DNA from: Elusimicrobiota bacterium
GTDB taxonomy: Bacteria > Elusimicrobiota > Elusimicrobia > Elusimicrobiales > UBA9959
Reading direction: 5' to 3'
Length of the DNA stretch: 44,434 nucleotides
Assembly (NCBI GenBank): GCA_037137395.1
Contig: JBAXKK010000011.1
Coordinates: 1 to 44,434 of the forward strand
The notes beneath the pieces are model-generated. The model ran no database searches. It saw nothing but the letters and a program-made list of their open reading frames with translations, and had not been told where the DNA came from. How positions within the stretch are numbered: the first letter of the stretch is position 1; every line of letters starts with the position of its first letter. This document shows positions 27,388 through 36,791 of this stretch, one piece after another. A program made the position numbers and the translations under genes.

Positions 27388-28779
27388 TTACCTCTTTTTA
27401 AGCTGTTTTACCGTCTGTCTCGCCCGGGCAAGCGCAAGGGTTTTTGGTGGAACATCTTCGGTTATCGTGGAACCCGCGCCTATAAGAGCGCCCGCGCCCA
27501 CTTTAACCGGAGCCACCAGATTGGTGTTGGAACCTATGAAGGCCCCCGCTCCTATTACAGTTTTATGCTTACGCACACCGTCATAGTTGCAGGTGATGGT
27601 GCCCGCGCCGATGTTGACTTTTTCGCCCATCTCCGTGTCGCCCACGTAACTCAGGTGTGACACCTTTGAGCCGCGCCCGATCCGTGATTTCTTTATTTCT
27701 GAAAAATTGCCCACTTTCGCGTCGGGACCGATATCTGACGCTGGCCTAAGATGGGCGAACGGTCCCACCGCTGAGCCGGTCCTCACCCGGCTTTCCGACA
27801 AGAAACAGGAAAATTTTATCTCGGAACCATCCTCTATCAGGCAGCTGTCAATTACGCCGTAAGGGCCGAGCCGGCAGTTCCGGCCGATCACGGTGGAGCC
27901 CTTTATATGCATACCGGGCTGAACCACGGTATCGCGCCCGATTTTGACGCCTTCTTCTATATAGGTGTTGTCGGGATCAACGATAGTGACTCCGTTATCC
28001 ATAAGCCGCTGAAGAACTCTTTTATTTATCATCTTATAAGCTCCCGCCAGATCCCGCCTGGAGTTAATGCCGGTTATCTCCGTTTCGTCCGCGGCCTTGA
28101 AGGCCCTGACTTCTCCGCCCGAAGACAGAATATTCTCCAGAGAATCGGTCAGATAATATTCCTCTTTGGGGCCTTTCTTCCTGAGAGTTTTGACGGCCGC
28201 AGCCAAGGCGGAAGTTCTAAAAAAATAAGTTCCGGAATTCACCTCTTTCAAATCCAATTCCGCCGGGGAAGCATCCGAAGCCTCGACGATAGACTCAACG
28301 GCGCCGGCCGGGTTTCTTTTAATCCTGCCGTAACTGCCCGGCACGGAAAGGTCCGCCGTCATGACCATGCAATCTGGCCTTTTCGCCAGATAATCCGACA
28401 GCATCTTCCTGAGTGTCTCTGTTTTAAAAAGCGGCGCGTCCCCGCAGAGCACAAGGGTATGTTTGAAATTTTTTATTTCCGGCAGAGCTTCCCGCACAGC
28501 ACGGCCGCTGCCCTTAAGCAATTTCTGCGTGACAAAAATGACCTCGGCGCCGGCCGGATTTTTTGCGAGGTGCCGGCCCATGGTTTCCCGGACCATGCCG
28601 GCCTTATTACCTACGACAATGATTATTTTAGACGGTTTAAGCGCGGAAATTTTTTCAACAACCCTCGCGAGCAGAGGCAGGTCCCCCAGGACATGAAGGA
28701 CTTTGGGCAGTTCGGATTTCATCCTGGTGCCAAGACCGGCGGCGAGTATTAAAACGCAAAGGCTGTCTTTTTCGGGCAT
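27388..28779 (-). CDS. glmU: Bifunctional UDP-GlcNAc pyrophosphorylase/glucosamine-1-P acetyltransferase
   Basis: LAAGLGTRMKS..PKVLH, EYYLTD, GPFAHLRP, GAGTITCNYDG. Confidence 0.97.
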   Translation of the reverse strand: MPEKDSLCVLILAAGLGTRMKSELPKVLHVLGDLPLLARVVEKISALKPSKIIIVVGNKAGMVRETMGRHLAKNPAGAEVIFVTQKLLKGSGRAVREALPEIKNFKHTLVLCGDAPLFKTETLRKMLSDYLAKRPDCMVMTADLSVPGSYGRIKRNPAGAVESIVEASDASPAELDLKEVNSGTYFFRTSALAAAVKTLRKKGPKEEYYLTDSLENILSSGGEVRAFKAADETEITGINSRRDLAGAYKMINKRVLQRLMDNGVTIVDPDNTYIEEGVKIGRDTVVQPGMHIKGSTVIGRNCRLGPYGVIDSCLIEDGSEIKFSCFLSESRVRTGSAVGPFAHLRPASDIGPDAKVGNFSEIKKSRIGRGSKVSHLSYVGDTEMGEKVNIGAGTITCNYDGVRKHKTVIGAGAFIGSNTNLVAPVKVGAGALIGAGSTITEDVPPKTLALARARQTVKQLKKR

Positions 28780-28864
28780 AAAAAAGAAAAGTCCTTCAAA
28801 CCACAGGTGAGAGTACCAATAAAATTTTACAAAATAGTAAGGCGTGTAAGAAAGGAATTACTGA

Positions 28865-30259
28865 TTAGTCCGCCCACACAGCGGTGACCGCGCCGCGGTC
28901 CCCGCAGGAGAACCTGTAGGCGTAAACACCATTGATGAGATCGAGCCGTTGCGGGGGCTGACCGTCCCAGCCGCGCAGGAGTGACGCCATGTTGCGATAG
29001 GCCCAGAAGCCCAGTTTACAAACCCCCGCGCCCGGAGAATCATCCTCTTCTCCGCTATAGATGAGCCCGGTTTGGTTAAAGTAGCCAGGGCCTATCTGCG
29101 CGCTGTTCATGATTGACCAGGCCCAAAAGACTTTCGTGACTCCCTGGCCAAAAGCGGTCACATAACGCTTGACCAATTCCGCCGCCTGCTCCCGCTCAGA
29201 GTGGCAGGGCAGTCCGCGCGGGCAGCCGCTATACACTCCCACCTCCGTCATCCAGACCGGCACATCTTTAAATCCGGCCGCGGACAGGTCGGAGCGGATC
29301 ATCTTAAACACCTCCGGCAGCATGCGCCATTCGCCGGGATGCCCGTACCAATGGACATCAAAGATGTCCATATCCCTGCCTCCCAGCTCTTTTAAAACGG
29401 GCAGGATCGTGCGGCGGTATTCCTCAACGGACTCCCCGAACGGCAGTTTCCAAAAGCCGGCAAGAAGCACCTTGGCGGACGGGTCCGCCGCTTTGATGGC
29501 GCGGCCGGTGATGCGCACAAGCCGGCCATACCCACGGCGCGCGGCGCGCGGCTCATTGTCCACCTGCCAATATCGCACCTTGTGGCGCAGTCCCGGCATA
29601 TCGTCCTTGCCGTCTCCGTCATAGCGCTCCACCACCGCCCTGACCCAGGCGGCGTACGCCTTCTCGTCCGAAGGGACATAGCCGCCGGCCTTGATATAGG
29701 TCCTTGGATCAAACCCTGGCCGACCGGGCCGCCGGGGCCCGTCGCTTCGCACCATCCCATCCTGCACCGGACAGATGTTCTTGAGCGGAAGAATACCGGA
29801 TGGCAGCTGTTGAAAATACAGATCGAGCTCATCCCAGAAATAGTTCCGCAGGGAAATGTCCGGCTGGCCCAGCGCCCACATGAGGTAGAACCCGCCACGA
29901 TCCCACTTGGCTCCTATCTCCCGCGCATAAGAATAATCTTCCCCCTCCGGAGTTTGCACAGAAGCGGGATGGAAGCCGAATGGAGACGCCTCCGCCGGCC
30001 GCGCGGGGCCGGAAACACCCTCCGCGATCCAGACCGGGTCCTTCCCTACTCGGACCGTAACAAAGCCGCCTTCCGGACGCAGAACCTCCTGAACTGTAGC
30101 AGGCGTTTCTTCGGAATCGGCGCCGCTTTCGCCCTCAGGGTAAGCCCGAACCAAAACCGCCTCAGAAAAGCGCACGGGCACGCGAACATCGCTCCCCGGA
30201 GCGGCCAAAACGGGCACGCCAGCCGCCAGGAGTACCGCCACCGTTAAAATAATTTTCAT
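28865..30259 (-). CDS. Exported clan GH-A glycoside hydrolase (GH39/GH5-like), possibly C-terminally truncated
   Basis: Signal peptide MKIILTVAVLLAAGVPVLA with own AAGGA RBS; WQVDNEP acid/base, DVHWY, WMTEVG nucleophile; in frame with upstream GIY-YIG. Confidence 0.7.
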   Translation of the reverse strand: MKIILTVAVLLAAGVPVLAAPGSDVRVPVRFSEAVLVRAYPEGESGADSEETPATVQEVLRPEGGFVTVRVGKDPVWIAEGVSGPARPAEASPFGFHPASVQTPEGEDYSYAREIGAKWDRGGFYLMWALGQPDISLRNYFWDELDLYFQQLPSGILPLKNICPVQDGMVRSDGPRRPGRPGFDPRTYIKAGGYVPSDEKAYAAWVRAVVERYDGDGKDDMPGLRHKVRYWQVDNEPRAARRGYGRLVRITGRAIKAADPSAKVLLAGFWKLPFGESVEEYRRTILPVLKELGGRDMDIFDVHWYGHPGEWRMLPEVFKMIRSDLSAAGFKDVPVWMTEVGVYSGCPRGLPCHSEREQAAELVKRYVTAFGQGVTKVFWAWSIMNSAQIGPGYFNQTGLIYSGEEDDSPGAGVCKLGFWAYRNMASLLRGWDGQPPQRLDLINGVYAYRFSCGDRGAVTAVWAD

Positions 30260-30544
30260 GTGTTCCTTACGCGCGCTAGTGGAGTGCGTCAATTCTTCTT
30301 TTTCCATCCGGGACATTTTTTTTATCCGGGCTTCAAGCTTTGACGCGGTAGAACGGGTTTTGCTTTTTTTATGCCAGACAAGGTCCACGGGGCCGAAGGC
30401 GGCGGTGTATTTTGCGCCTTTGCCAGAGTTATGATCGGCGATGCGCCCTTTCAATCTGTTGGTTATGCCGGTATACAAAGCGCCGTTGGCGCAGCGCGCG
30501 ATATATACCGACCAGGATTTAACAGGCGGAGTTCTGGGTTTCAT
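30260..30544 (-). CDS. GIY-YIG nuclease (YhbQ/UPF0213-like), lacking its own stop and reading into the GH gene
   Basis: WSVYIARC.NGALYTGIT..L..R...HNSGKGAKYT...PV.LV....A.KLE..IKK. Confidence 0.85.
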
Positions 30545-30571
30545 GAGCCGGAATATGGAAGCAGCCGAGAT

Positions 30572-31798
30572 CTATATACTGTCCCCGGAATTGACCGTTC
30601 GTACGTCTACTTTTTGGGGGCCATGCATATAATAAGTGTATCCGCTCCAATGAAGTTCCCGCGACCACATTGAGTTCAGCAGGCAGGGGAGCTGCAGGAA
30701 CGGAATTAATGGGGCGATCAGGCCGGCCCGCAGAGAATAATGGATGAACGAAGGAGCAATGGAACATACGGACTGCGGCGCATAGCGCCGGTAGGCCTCG
30801 AAAACAAGATACAAGGCGAGCATATCAACGACAACCATAATAGAAAGCAGCGGATACTGTTCCATGCGAAGGAACCAGAACCAGAGATAGAGCTTACCCA
30901 GTATCCCAAGCGCGCCCAAAACCCAAATCCTGAACGCGTAGACACTGCACCATCGAAATCCTTTGGTAAACCAGGCGAAAAGCGCGCTTAGATCGCAATC
31001 TTCCCAACAAACCGGGATCGCTTTAAGTTCCAGCTCTATCTTCTTGCCCGCTTTTTTCAGCGCGCTGTTTACTACCAGATCATCTATGGCACTGCGCAGC
31101 CAAAGAGCGGGGATACCGAGCGTTTCAAAATCTTTTTTTCGTATAGCCCAGGCCGGGCAAAAAACCTGCGGAAATGTCGCCGAATAGGATATTAAGAGAC
31201 TCGTCCAGACCATGCGGAAAAATTGCGCCATGCCGGCGCCGTGAGCTACATATACCGGCGGATTTGTCACGACAGTCGTATCGGGGTTTTTCAAACGGCA
31301 CACCAGATTGCTCAGCCAATTTTCCGGCACGCGTATATCGCAGTCGGCGAAGACGAAGACTTCCGGTTTTTTCGTAACGCGGTTAAGTGCGAAGAGCATG
31401 TTCATCGCCTTTTCGCAGCAGCGCACGGGAACGGCCTCGGATGAGAGCAATTGCCACGCGACTCCGGTGTGGCCGGGCAGCAGGGCTTGCAGCGCCCGAT
31501 ATGCGGAGTCCGTAGTACGGGGGCTTACAAAAATCAACTCGTAAGGACCGGGATACTTTTGCGCAAGGAAAGAGAGCATGTTCCTTTCAAAATAGCGCGA
31601 GGCCCCTTTGCATGAGATAACGACCGACACCGGCGGCGCATAATCGGGTTCCGGCGCGGAGCTTTCCTTGCGGAGTTTTATCCGGAACCGGATCGCGAGC
31701 AGCAGCTGCCATGCCCCCACTATCACCACAACCCAGGTCATAGTGGTGACATTAAAGAATCCGTTAATAGCCGACCATATCGCCTGCAGTGTAATCAT
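30572..31798 (-). CDS. GT2/GT21 glycosyltransferase (ceramide glucosyltransferase/HpnI-like)
   Basis: N-terminal TM, PPVSVVISCKG, VFADCD, IDDL, FRW, terminal W.G..Y; start 31798 just after the tRNA. Confidence 0.8.
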   Translation of the reverse strand: MITLQAIWSAINGFFNVTTMTWVVVIVGAWQLLLAIRFRIKLRKESSAPEPDYAPPVSVVISCKGASRYFERNMLSFLAQKYPGPYELIFVSPRTTDSAYRALQALLPGHTGVAWQLLSSEAVPVRCCEKAMNMLFALNRVTKKPEVFVFADCDIRVPENWLSNLVCRLKNPDTTVVTNPPVYVAHGAGMAQFFRMVWTSLLISYSATFPQVFCPAWAIRKKDFETLGIPALWLRSAIDDLVVNSALKKAGKKIELELKAIPVCWEDCDLSALFAWFTKGFRWCSVYAFRIWVLGALGILGKLYLWFWFLRMEQYPLLSIMVVVDMLALYLVFEAYRRYAPQSVCSIAPSFIHYSLRAGLIAPLIPFLQLPCLLNSMWSRELHWSGYTYYMHGPQKVDVRTVNSGDSI

Positions 31799-31803
31799 GA
31801 ATT

Positions 31804-31877
31804 TGGCTCCCGGGCTAGGACTCGAACCTAGACAAACGCCTTCAAAGGGCGTCGTGCTACCATTACACAACCCGGGA
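31804..31877 (-). tRNA. tRNA-Gln (TTG)
   Basis: TCCCGGG/CCCGGGA acceptor stem, ACGCC-CTTTGAA-GGCGT anticodon arm, GTTCGAGTC T-loop, encoded CCA. Confidence 0.97.
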
Positions 31878-31935
31878 ATAAAACTGTTATCCGCGGTTAC
31901 GCGCGTCCCTTAAAAGCGAGGCTCCCGCATTATTA

Positions 31936-32232
31936 CTACTCTTCGTTACCGGCGACCTGCGCCGCGGGAACGACGCCTTTTGCAAGCTCATCGCTGTAAG
32001 CCTTAAGTACAACTTGTTCAAGCGTATGCCTAAAGTCGTTCGCTATGGGATGGGCAATATCTTTGTAAGATCCGTCCTTTATCTTTCTGGAAGGCATACA
32101 AACGATAAGGCCATTATTGCCATTGACCACCTTCATGTTATGTACCACGAAAACGCCGTCAAAAGTTACCGTGGCGAAAGCCTTCAACCTGTCCTCACTG
32201 CGCAGATGTATCCTGACCTCTGTGATGTCCAT
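31936..32232 (-). CDS. spoVG: Septation regulator/nucleic-acid-binding protein SpoVG
   Basis: MDITEVRI...LKAFATVTFD..FVVH..KV..G..GL...MPSRK..DG.YKDIAHPI. Confidence 0.96.
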   Translation of the reverse strand: MDITEVRIHLRSEDRLKAFATVTFDGVFVVHNMKVVNGNNGLIVCMPSRKIKDGSYKDIAHPIANDFRHTLEQVVLKAYSDELAKGVVPAAQVAGNEE

Positions 32233-32315
32233 ACTGTTCCCCCCCTAATATAACCCGCCCCCGGAAGACGCTAGTGTGCTGGTACGGCGACAACATAGCC
32301 TTTACCGGCATAATA

Positions 32316-33230
32316 TTAGGATTTTAGCAAAAAATCCACAAGGAAAACCTTGCGATTCGATTTTTTTATGATTTTTGAGATTTTACCGGCGGATGTCCTG
32401 TTTTCCACCAAGGCAAAAACCGACGCGCCGGAGCCCGACATCAAAACAGCCGACGCGCCGGCCTTTATAAGATCGTCCTTCGCGCGACGCACCGCCTCGT
32501 AAAGGGGGAGGACCGGCTCCTCCAAGCGGTTAAAAAGGAGGCTGCCCCAATCATTGAGGGGCTTCCCCGCCTTAAGCTCTTTAATAAGGAGTTTAATTTT
32601 TTTAATATTGCCGGCCATTTCGAAAGCCGCAACGGGCTTAAGAGCCTTATACACAGGCCCGGTGTAAACGGGCACTCCCGGATAAACCAGAATGATAACG
32701 GGCAGACGGCCTTTTGTTTTAACAGGGGTCAGTAGTTCCCCCCGGCCTGTGCCGGCGGAGAACGCTCCTATGGTCAGAAAAAAAGGCACGTCTGAGCCGA
32801 GCGTTAAAGCCGCGGCCCTGAGCTTTTTAATATTTTTGTCTGCGTTCACGCCATACAGGCGGCACAGGCCCTTAAGAGCCGCCGCGGCGTCGGATGAGCC
32901 GCCGCCAAGGCCCGCGCCCACCGGTATTCTTTTCAAAAGAGTGATTTCTACTGCGGGATTTATTTTAAAAATCTCAAAAAATGCCATGGCGGCTTTGTAA
33001 ACTATATTATCCCCGGTTTTTAATGGCTTCAGGTTGGCTTTATTGACGACTCTCAGACTCACGCCGGGCTTTTTCGTTTTTTTCAGGGTCAGGCTGTCGG
33101 CAAGCGAGATCTTCGCGAAAAGCGTCGCAAGATTGTGATAACCGTCCGGCCGATCGCCGGTAACCTCCAGAAAGAGATTTATCTTTGCCGGGGCTTCTAT
33201 CCTGATTATACGGGTCGGGTGTTTTTTCAT
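32316..33230 (-). CDS. ispE: 4-diphosphocytidyl-2-C-methyl-D-erythritol kinase
   Basis: APAKINLFL....R.DGYH.L, KRIPVGAGLGGGSSDAA, LGSDVPFF, MSGSG. Confidence 0.96.
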   Translation of the reverse strand: MKKHPTRIIRIEAPAKINLFLEVTGDRPDGYHNLATLFAKISLADSLTLKKTKKPGVSLRVVNKANLKPLKTGDNIVYKAAMAFFEIFKINPAVEITLLKRIPVGAGLGGGSSDAAAALKGLCRLYGVNADKNIKKLRAAALTLGSDVPFFLTIGAFSAGTGRGELLTPVKTKGRLPVIILVYPGVPVYTGPVYKALKPVAAFEMAGNIKKIKLLIKELKAGKPLNDWGSLLFNRLEEPVLPLYEAVRRAKDDLIKAGASAVLMSGSGASVFALVENRTSAGKISKIIKKSNRKVFLVDFLLKS

Positions 33231-33288
33231 TTCAAAACCCACTTGGCGAAACTGAAGGATCTGTTAAGGTATAAAGACCTGCACCGCG

Positions 33289-35442
33289 CTATGGAATAAG
33301 GGTATTAAATTCCTGCAGGTTTATCTGACTCTTGTCCAGCACAACTTTAAGAGAGAAGAATGGTATCTTAAAATCCATGGTGGCCGGAATAAGGTAAAGG
33401 TTCTTAAGGAAATAATCACTGAAGCCAACTTCGAGTTTTTTTTCTTTCAGCGGAATTAACTTTTTTACGCCGAAGTCATCGCCCAGGTAAATCTTCCGGG
33501 AACCACCGAGCAGGATATCGGAACCCCAGCCGTTCTCAAGTGCCGCACCTGAGAGAAAGCCGCCGGACAGGTAGTCTTTGAGTTCAGTCCCGATCAGCGC
33601 TGACCAGTATCCGAAAGTTTCCGCGTCTACATTATTAAATGAAGCCGCGTCCATGGCAACGTCGCTCCCCTCTATTTTTATCTTCCATATAGGCGCCATC
33701 AGCGGCCCCACCAGCGTAAAGGCAAAACTGTCCGGCGGGGAAAACCGCAGCACTCCATCCAGTTTTATCTTCTTGCCTTTGAATCCGGCGTAAACCTTAG
33801 CGAACGCGGAAAAATCCTTACCGTTGAGTCCAAAAGTCTTCAGCAATTCCACGGTGAGCGCCGAAGCTTCGGCGTCTGGTATCCGCTTACGGACGTTTTT
33901 TATCTTATCCTGAAGATCTTTCTTTTTACTCGCGCGCTCAAGCACGAGAGCAATATTGTAAGCGCGCCAGGCGCCTTTCCAGTCCGACTCGGCAGCGTAG
34001 ATATCTCCCGCATGGCTCCATAATATTGCATCGCCACAGATAACTTTGAGCGCGGCGTTGATCTCTTTATGGGCGTCAGCGTACTTCCGCTGCTTGAAAT
34101 GCACCCAGGCCAAAGAATCCGTGTACGCGCCGTTGGTGGGGTCAGATTGAACCGCCCTGCCTATAAGATCCTCCGCTTCGTCCAACTTGAGTCCGCGGTC
34201 AGCTAAAGCGTAGCCCAGATAATTGAGTATGTTGGCGTTCCCCGGATCCTTGACCAGCAGATACCTAAAATTCTCCTCGGCGGACGACATGTCGCCCTCA
34301 CGCTCGCTCAAAACGGCATACTGGAGCCGCGCTTCCGAATAATCCGGATTCTTCGCGAGTATACCCTTCAACAATTCAGCGGCCCTGGAGGTTTTATGGG
34401 TGTCATCATAACCAAGCGCCAAGAAATATGAAATTTCAAGATTGTCGGGCCACCTCTTATGCCCATCCTCCAATAAAATTATGGCTTTATCGTAATGCCC
34501 GCCCTGCGTATAGTAGTAGCTAAGCCGTAGCGCCGTGCCGGGGTTTTCCTTCAGATCCTTTGAAGTTTCAAGGTAACCGGCGGCCGCCGCGAAATCACGC
34601 CGTTGCTCGCTTATCACGGACAACCAGAAGCAGGCAGCCGTATTGGTTCTATCCAACGCATAGGTTTTGGCAAAGTATTTTTCGGCCTCGTCAAGATTTG
34701 AAACAGCCGGAGAAGAGTAAATCTCTCCGATATGATTCATAAGCTCGGTGTTGTTTCCCTCCAAGACGAAAAGTTCTATATATTCACTCAAAGCCGCAGC
34801 AGTGTCGTTCTTCACTTCATAATAGTTAGCCAACATGTAGCGGGGCTGAACATACGTGGAATCCGCTTCTTTGGCCTGGAGCAGGTGTTTCAACATCGTA
34901 GCAGGATCATTTTTCACGTTATAAAGCAGCGCCAGCTGGTAATTAATCTCCGCCGCCTCATCCGGCTTAAGGACCAGGTAGCGTTTAAGGTATTCTATGG
35001 CTTTGTCAGGATTCTTTGCGCTCAAAAGGCTCGCTAACTGGTAAATCGCATCCGAATTCTCACTATCCAGGGCTACCGCCTTTTCAAAAGCGGCGCGGGC
35101 GGAGTCTATATCGCCTTTAGCCCACTGCACGCTGCCATAAAGCACCCAGTTCTCAGCAGAAGTTGAATCCGATTGAACCACATAATCAGCCCATTCTTCG
35201 GCCTCAGTCATCTTGCCTATATGCAGGGCCAGGTTAAGGGCCTGCTTATATACGAAAACCGATTGGGGGTCCAGCAACATAGTGGTTTTGTATTCCTGCA
35301 GGGCAGAATCAAAACTTCCTCTGCGCTCAAGTATCAACCCGTTCATAAAGTGGAGGTATGAGGATTTATCCGCCGCGCGCGCACCCGTAAGGCCAAAAAC
35401 AAAAACCAGCAGAACCAAGGAAGTTATTTTCTTTATCATCAT
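33289..35442 (-). CDS. Exported TPR-repeat protein with C-terminal LolB/LolA-like beta domain
   Basis: Signal peptide, many TPRs, ILNYLGYALAD / YTDSLAWVHFK motifs; C-terminal beta-rich domain with LVGPLM. Confidence 0.75.
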   Translation of the reverse strand: MMIKKITSLVLLVFVFGLTGARAADKSSYLHFMNGLILERRGSFDSALQEYKTTMLLDPQSVFVYKQALNLALHIGKMTEAEEWADYVVQSDSTSAENWVLYGSVQWAKGDIDSARAAFEKAVALDSENSDAIYQLASLLSAKNPDKAIEYLKRYLVLKPDEAAEINYQLALLYNVKNDPATMLKHLLQAKEADSTYVQPRYMLANYYEVKNDTAAALSEYIELFVLEGNNTELMNHIGEIYSSPAVSNLDEAEKYFAKTYALDRTNTAACFWLSVISEQRRDFAAAAGYLETSKDLKENPGTALRLSYYYTQGGHYDKAIILLEDGHKRWPDNLEISYFLALGYDDTHKTSRAAELLKGILAKNPDYSEARLQYAVLSEREGDMSSAEENFRYLLVKDPGNANILNYLGYALADRGLKLDEAEDLIGRAVQSDPTNGAYTDSLAWVHFKQRKYADAHKEINAALKVICGDAILWSHAGDIYAAESDWKGAWRAYNIALVLERASKKKDLQDKIKNVRKRIPDAEASALTVELLKTFGLNGKDFSAFAKVYAGFKGKKIKLDGVLRFSPPDSFAFTLVGPLMAPIWKIKIEGSDVAMDAASFNNVDAETFGYWSALIGTELKDYLSGGFLSGAALENGWGSDILLGGSRKIYLGDDFGVKKLIPLKEKKLEVGFSDYFLKNLYLIPATMDFKIPFFSLKVVLDKSQINLQEFNTLIP

Positions 35443-35470
35443 AATCTCCAAAAGAAACCATGCCGGGGCA

Positions 35471-35911
35471 TCAAGCTTTCATCATCTTGCGCATCAAAAC
35501 AGCGGCGTCTGAATTATTATAGAACTTTGGCCGCCTGCCGACTACGTCAAAACCGAGCTTCCCATAAAGCGCTATCGCCGGCGCGTTGTTTTCATTGACC
35601 TCAAGGTCAACTTCAGTGCAGGCATTTTTAACGGCATATTCGGCCAGCTTACCTATAAGGGCCGTAGCCGCTCCGGCCCTCCGCGCTTTGGCGGAAACGA
35701 CTATGGAATTAAGCTGTATCTGTGGCTTCAGGATCCAGAAATTAATAAAGCCCAGCAACGCGTCTTCAGACCAGATCGCGAGCGTAACTGAAAATTTCTT
35801 TTCAAATTCCGCGGCCAGACCGCTCTCGCCCCAGGCGGGATACCCCGGGTTCTCGACTTCCATGGCCGCCAGGGCCGGGAGATCCTCTCTGCGCGCTCTT
35901 CTTATCAGCAT
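35471..35911 (-). CDS. rimI: Ribosomal-protein-alanine N-acetyltransferase RimI-like GNAT
   Basis: LEVNENNAPAIALY.KLGF..VGRRPKFY...DAAVLM; follows tsaB. Confidence 0.85.
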   Translation of the reverse strand: MLIRRARREDLPALAAMEVENPGYPAWGESGLAAEFEKKFSVTLAIWSEDALLGFINFWILKPQIQLNSIVVSAKARRAGAATALIGKLAEYAVKNACTEVDLEVNENNAPAIALYGKLGFDVVGRRPKFYNNSDAAVLMRKMMKA

Positions 35912-35948
35912 AGGCGGGACTTGGACAATGAACTGAGTCGGCGGAGCG

Positions 35949-36791
35949 TCATTTCAGACAACTCCTCTTTTTTTCCTTCCAGAATCTGGCCGGCCTGGAC
36001 TTGTTCTCCAGCTCATATTTAGCCGGCTTAAGATAAAGCGGCGTGAGGTCCCTGTTTTTGAGAGCGAGTCCTGTCTTAATAACAAACTCGGGCAGTATTT
36101 TTGAAACGCGTGCCGGAGCTTTTTCCAAGGCCTCCGGAGCCAGCGAATAGATGTCGGTTTTCTCTTCGGCGTCGGCTATTATATATAAATCGCTTCCCTG
36201 GGCGGCCAGATACCCGGCCACTTCCGTATCCTTGAACCAGCGCGGAGCCTCAGCCGGGGTAAGATCGTAAAGCGTAAAGCGTAAAGCGTAAAGCGTGGCC
36301 GCCCCCCTGTCTTGCTGCCGCGCTGTCCCGCTGCCGCGCTGTCCTGCTGCCGCGCTGTCCTGCTGCCGCGCTGCTCTGAACGCCTGGCAGAAATATTCGT
36401 CTTTAAACGCGTGCACCAGCGCGACTATGCGAACTTCTTTTTTCCCGGCGGCCCAAGCCATAAATTCTTTTGAGGCCGCGGCCTGCGCGGCAAGAATGTC
36501 GAACAGCGTGGATGAATATACCCGTATTCCGGCCAGAGTCTTCAGGGCGCTGGCCAAAGTCAGCCCCACCCGGAGGCCGGTAAAACGCCCCGGACCGGTT
36601 ATGACGCATAGCGTGGAAATGTCGGTTAACCGGGCTTTGCGCCCGCCCAGCAGGCGGTCCATCATAGAAAACAGCACCCTCTCCTGGTTAAGTGCTTTTT
36701 TTGAAGCATTGTGAAATTTCCCCTCCGCCAGCAGGGAAAGCTTCACTCTTGAGCCGGACGTGCATATGCCGGCGGTCAGTTTTTCAGCCAT
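35949..36791 (-). CDS. tsaB: tRNA threonylcarbamoyladenosine biosynthesis protein TsaB, with repeat-derived insertion
   Basis: GPGRFTGLRVG, terminal P.YLK; between tsaE and rimI. Confidence 0.85.
   Translation of the reverse strand: MAEKLTAGICTSGSRVKLSLLAEGKFHNASKKALNQERVLFSMMDRLLGGRKARLTDISTLCVITGPGRFTGLRVGLTLASALKTLAGIRVYSSTLFDILAAQAAASKEFMAWAAGKKEVRIVALVHAFKDEYFCQAFRAARQQDSAAAGQRGSGTARQQDRGAATLYALRFTLYDLTPAEAPRWFKDTEVAGYLAAQGSDLYIIADAEEKTDIYSLAPEALEKAPARVSKILPEFVIKTGLALKNRDLTPLYLKPAKYELENKSRPARFWKEKKRSCLK
36266..36377. repeat. Heptamer (CGTAAAG x4) plus octamer (GCTGCCGC/GCTGTCCT x9) arrays inside tsaB
   Basis: Four perfect cgtaaag at 36266-36293; nine octamers at 36306-36377. Confidence 0.92.

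Noticed and set aside
28780..28864. att site duplicating the tRNA-Gln 3' end
   Set aside because: No copy of the tRNA 3' sequence found by eye and no integrase nearby.
31799..31870. N-terminal extension of the glycosyltransferase ORF
   Set aside because: It is a translation through tRNA-Gln; start reassigned to 31798.
31936..32232. spoVG as evidence for sporulation
   Set aside because: SpoVG is widespread in non-sporulating bacteria as a nucleic-acid-binding regulator.
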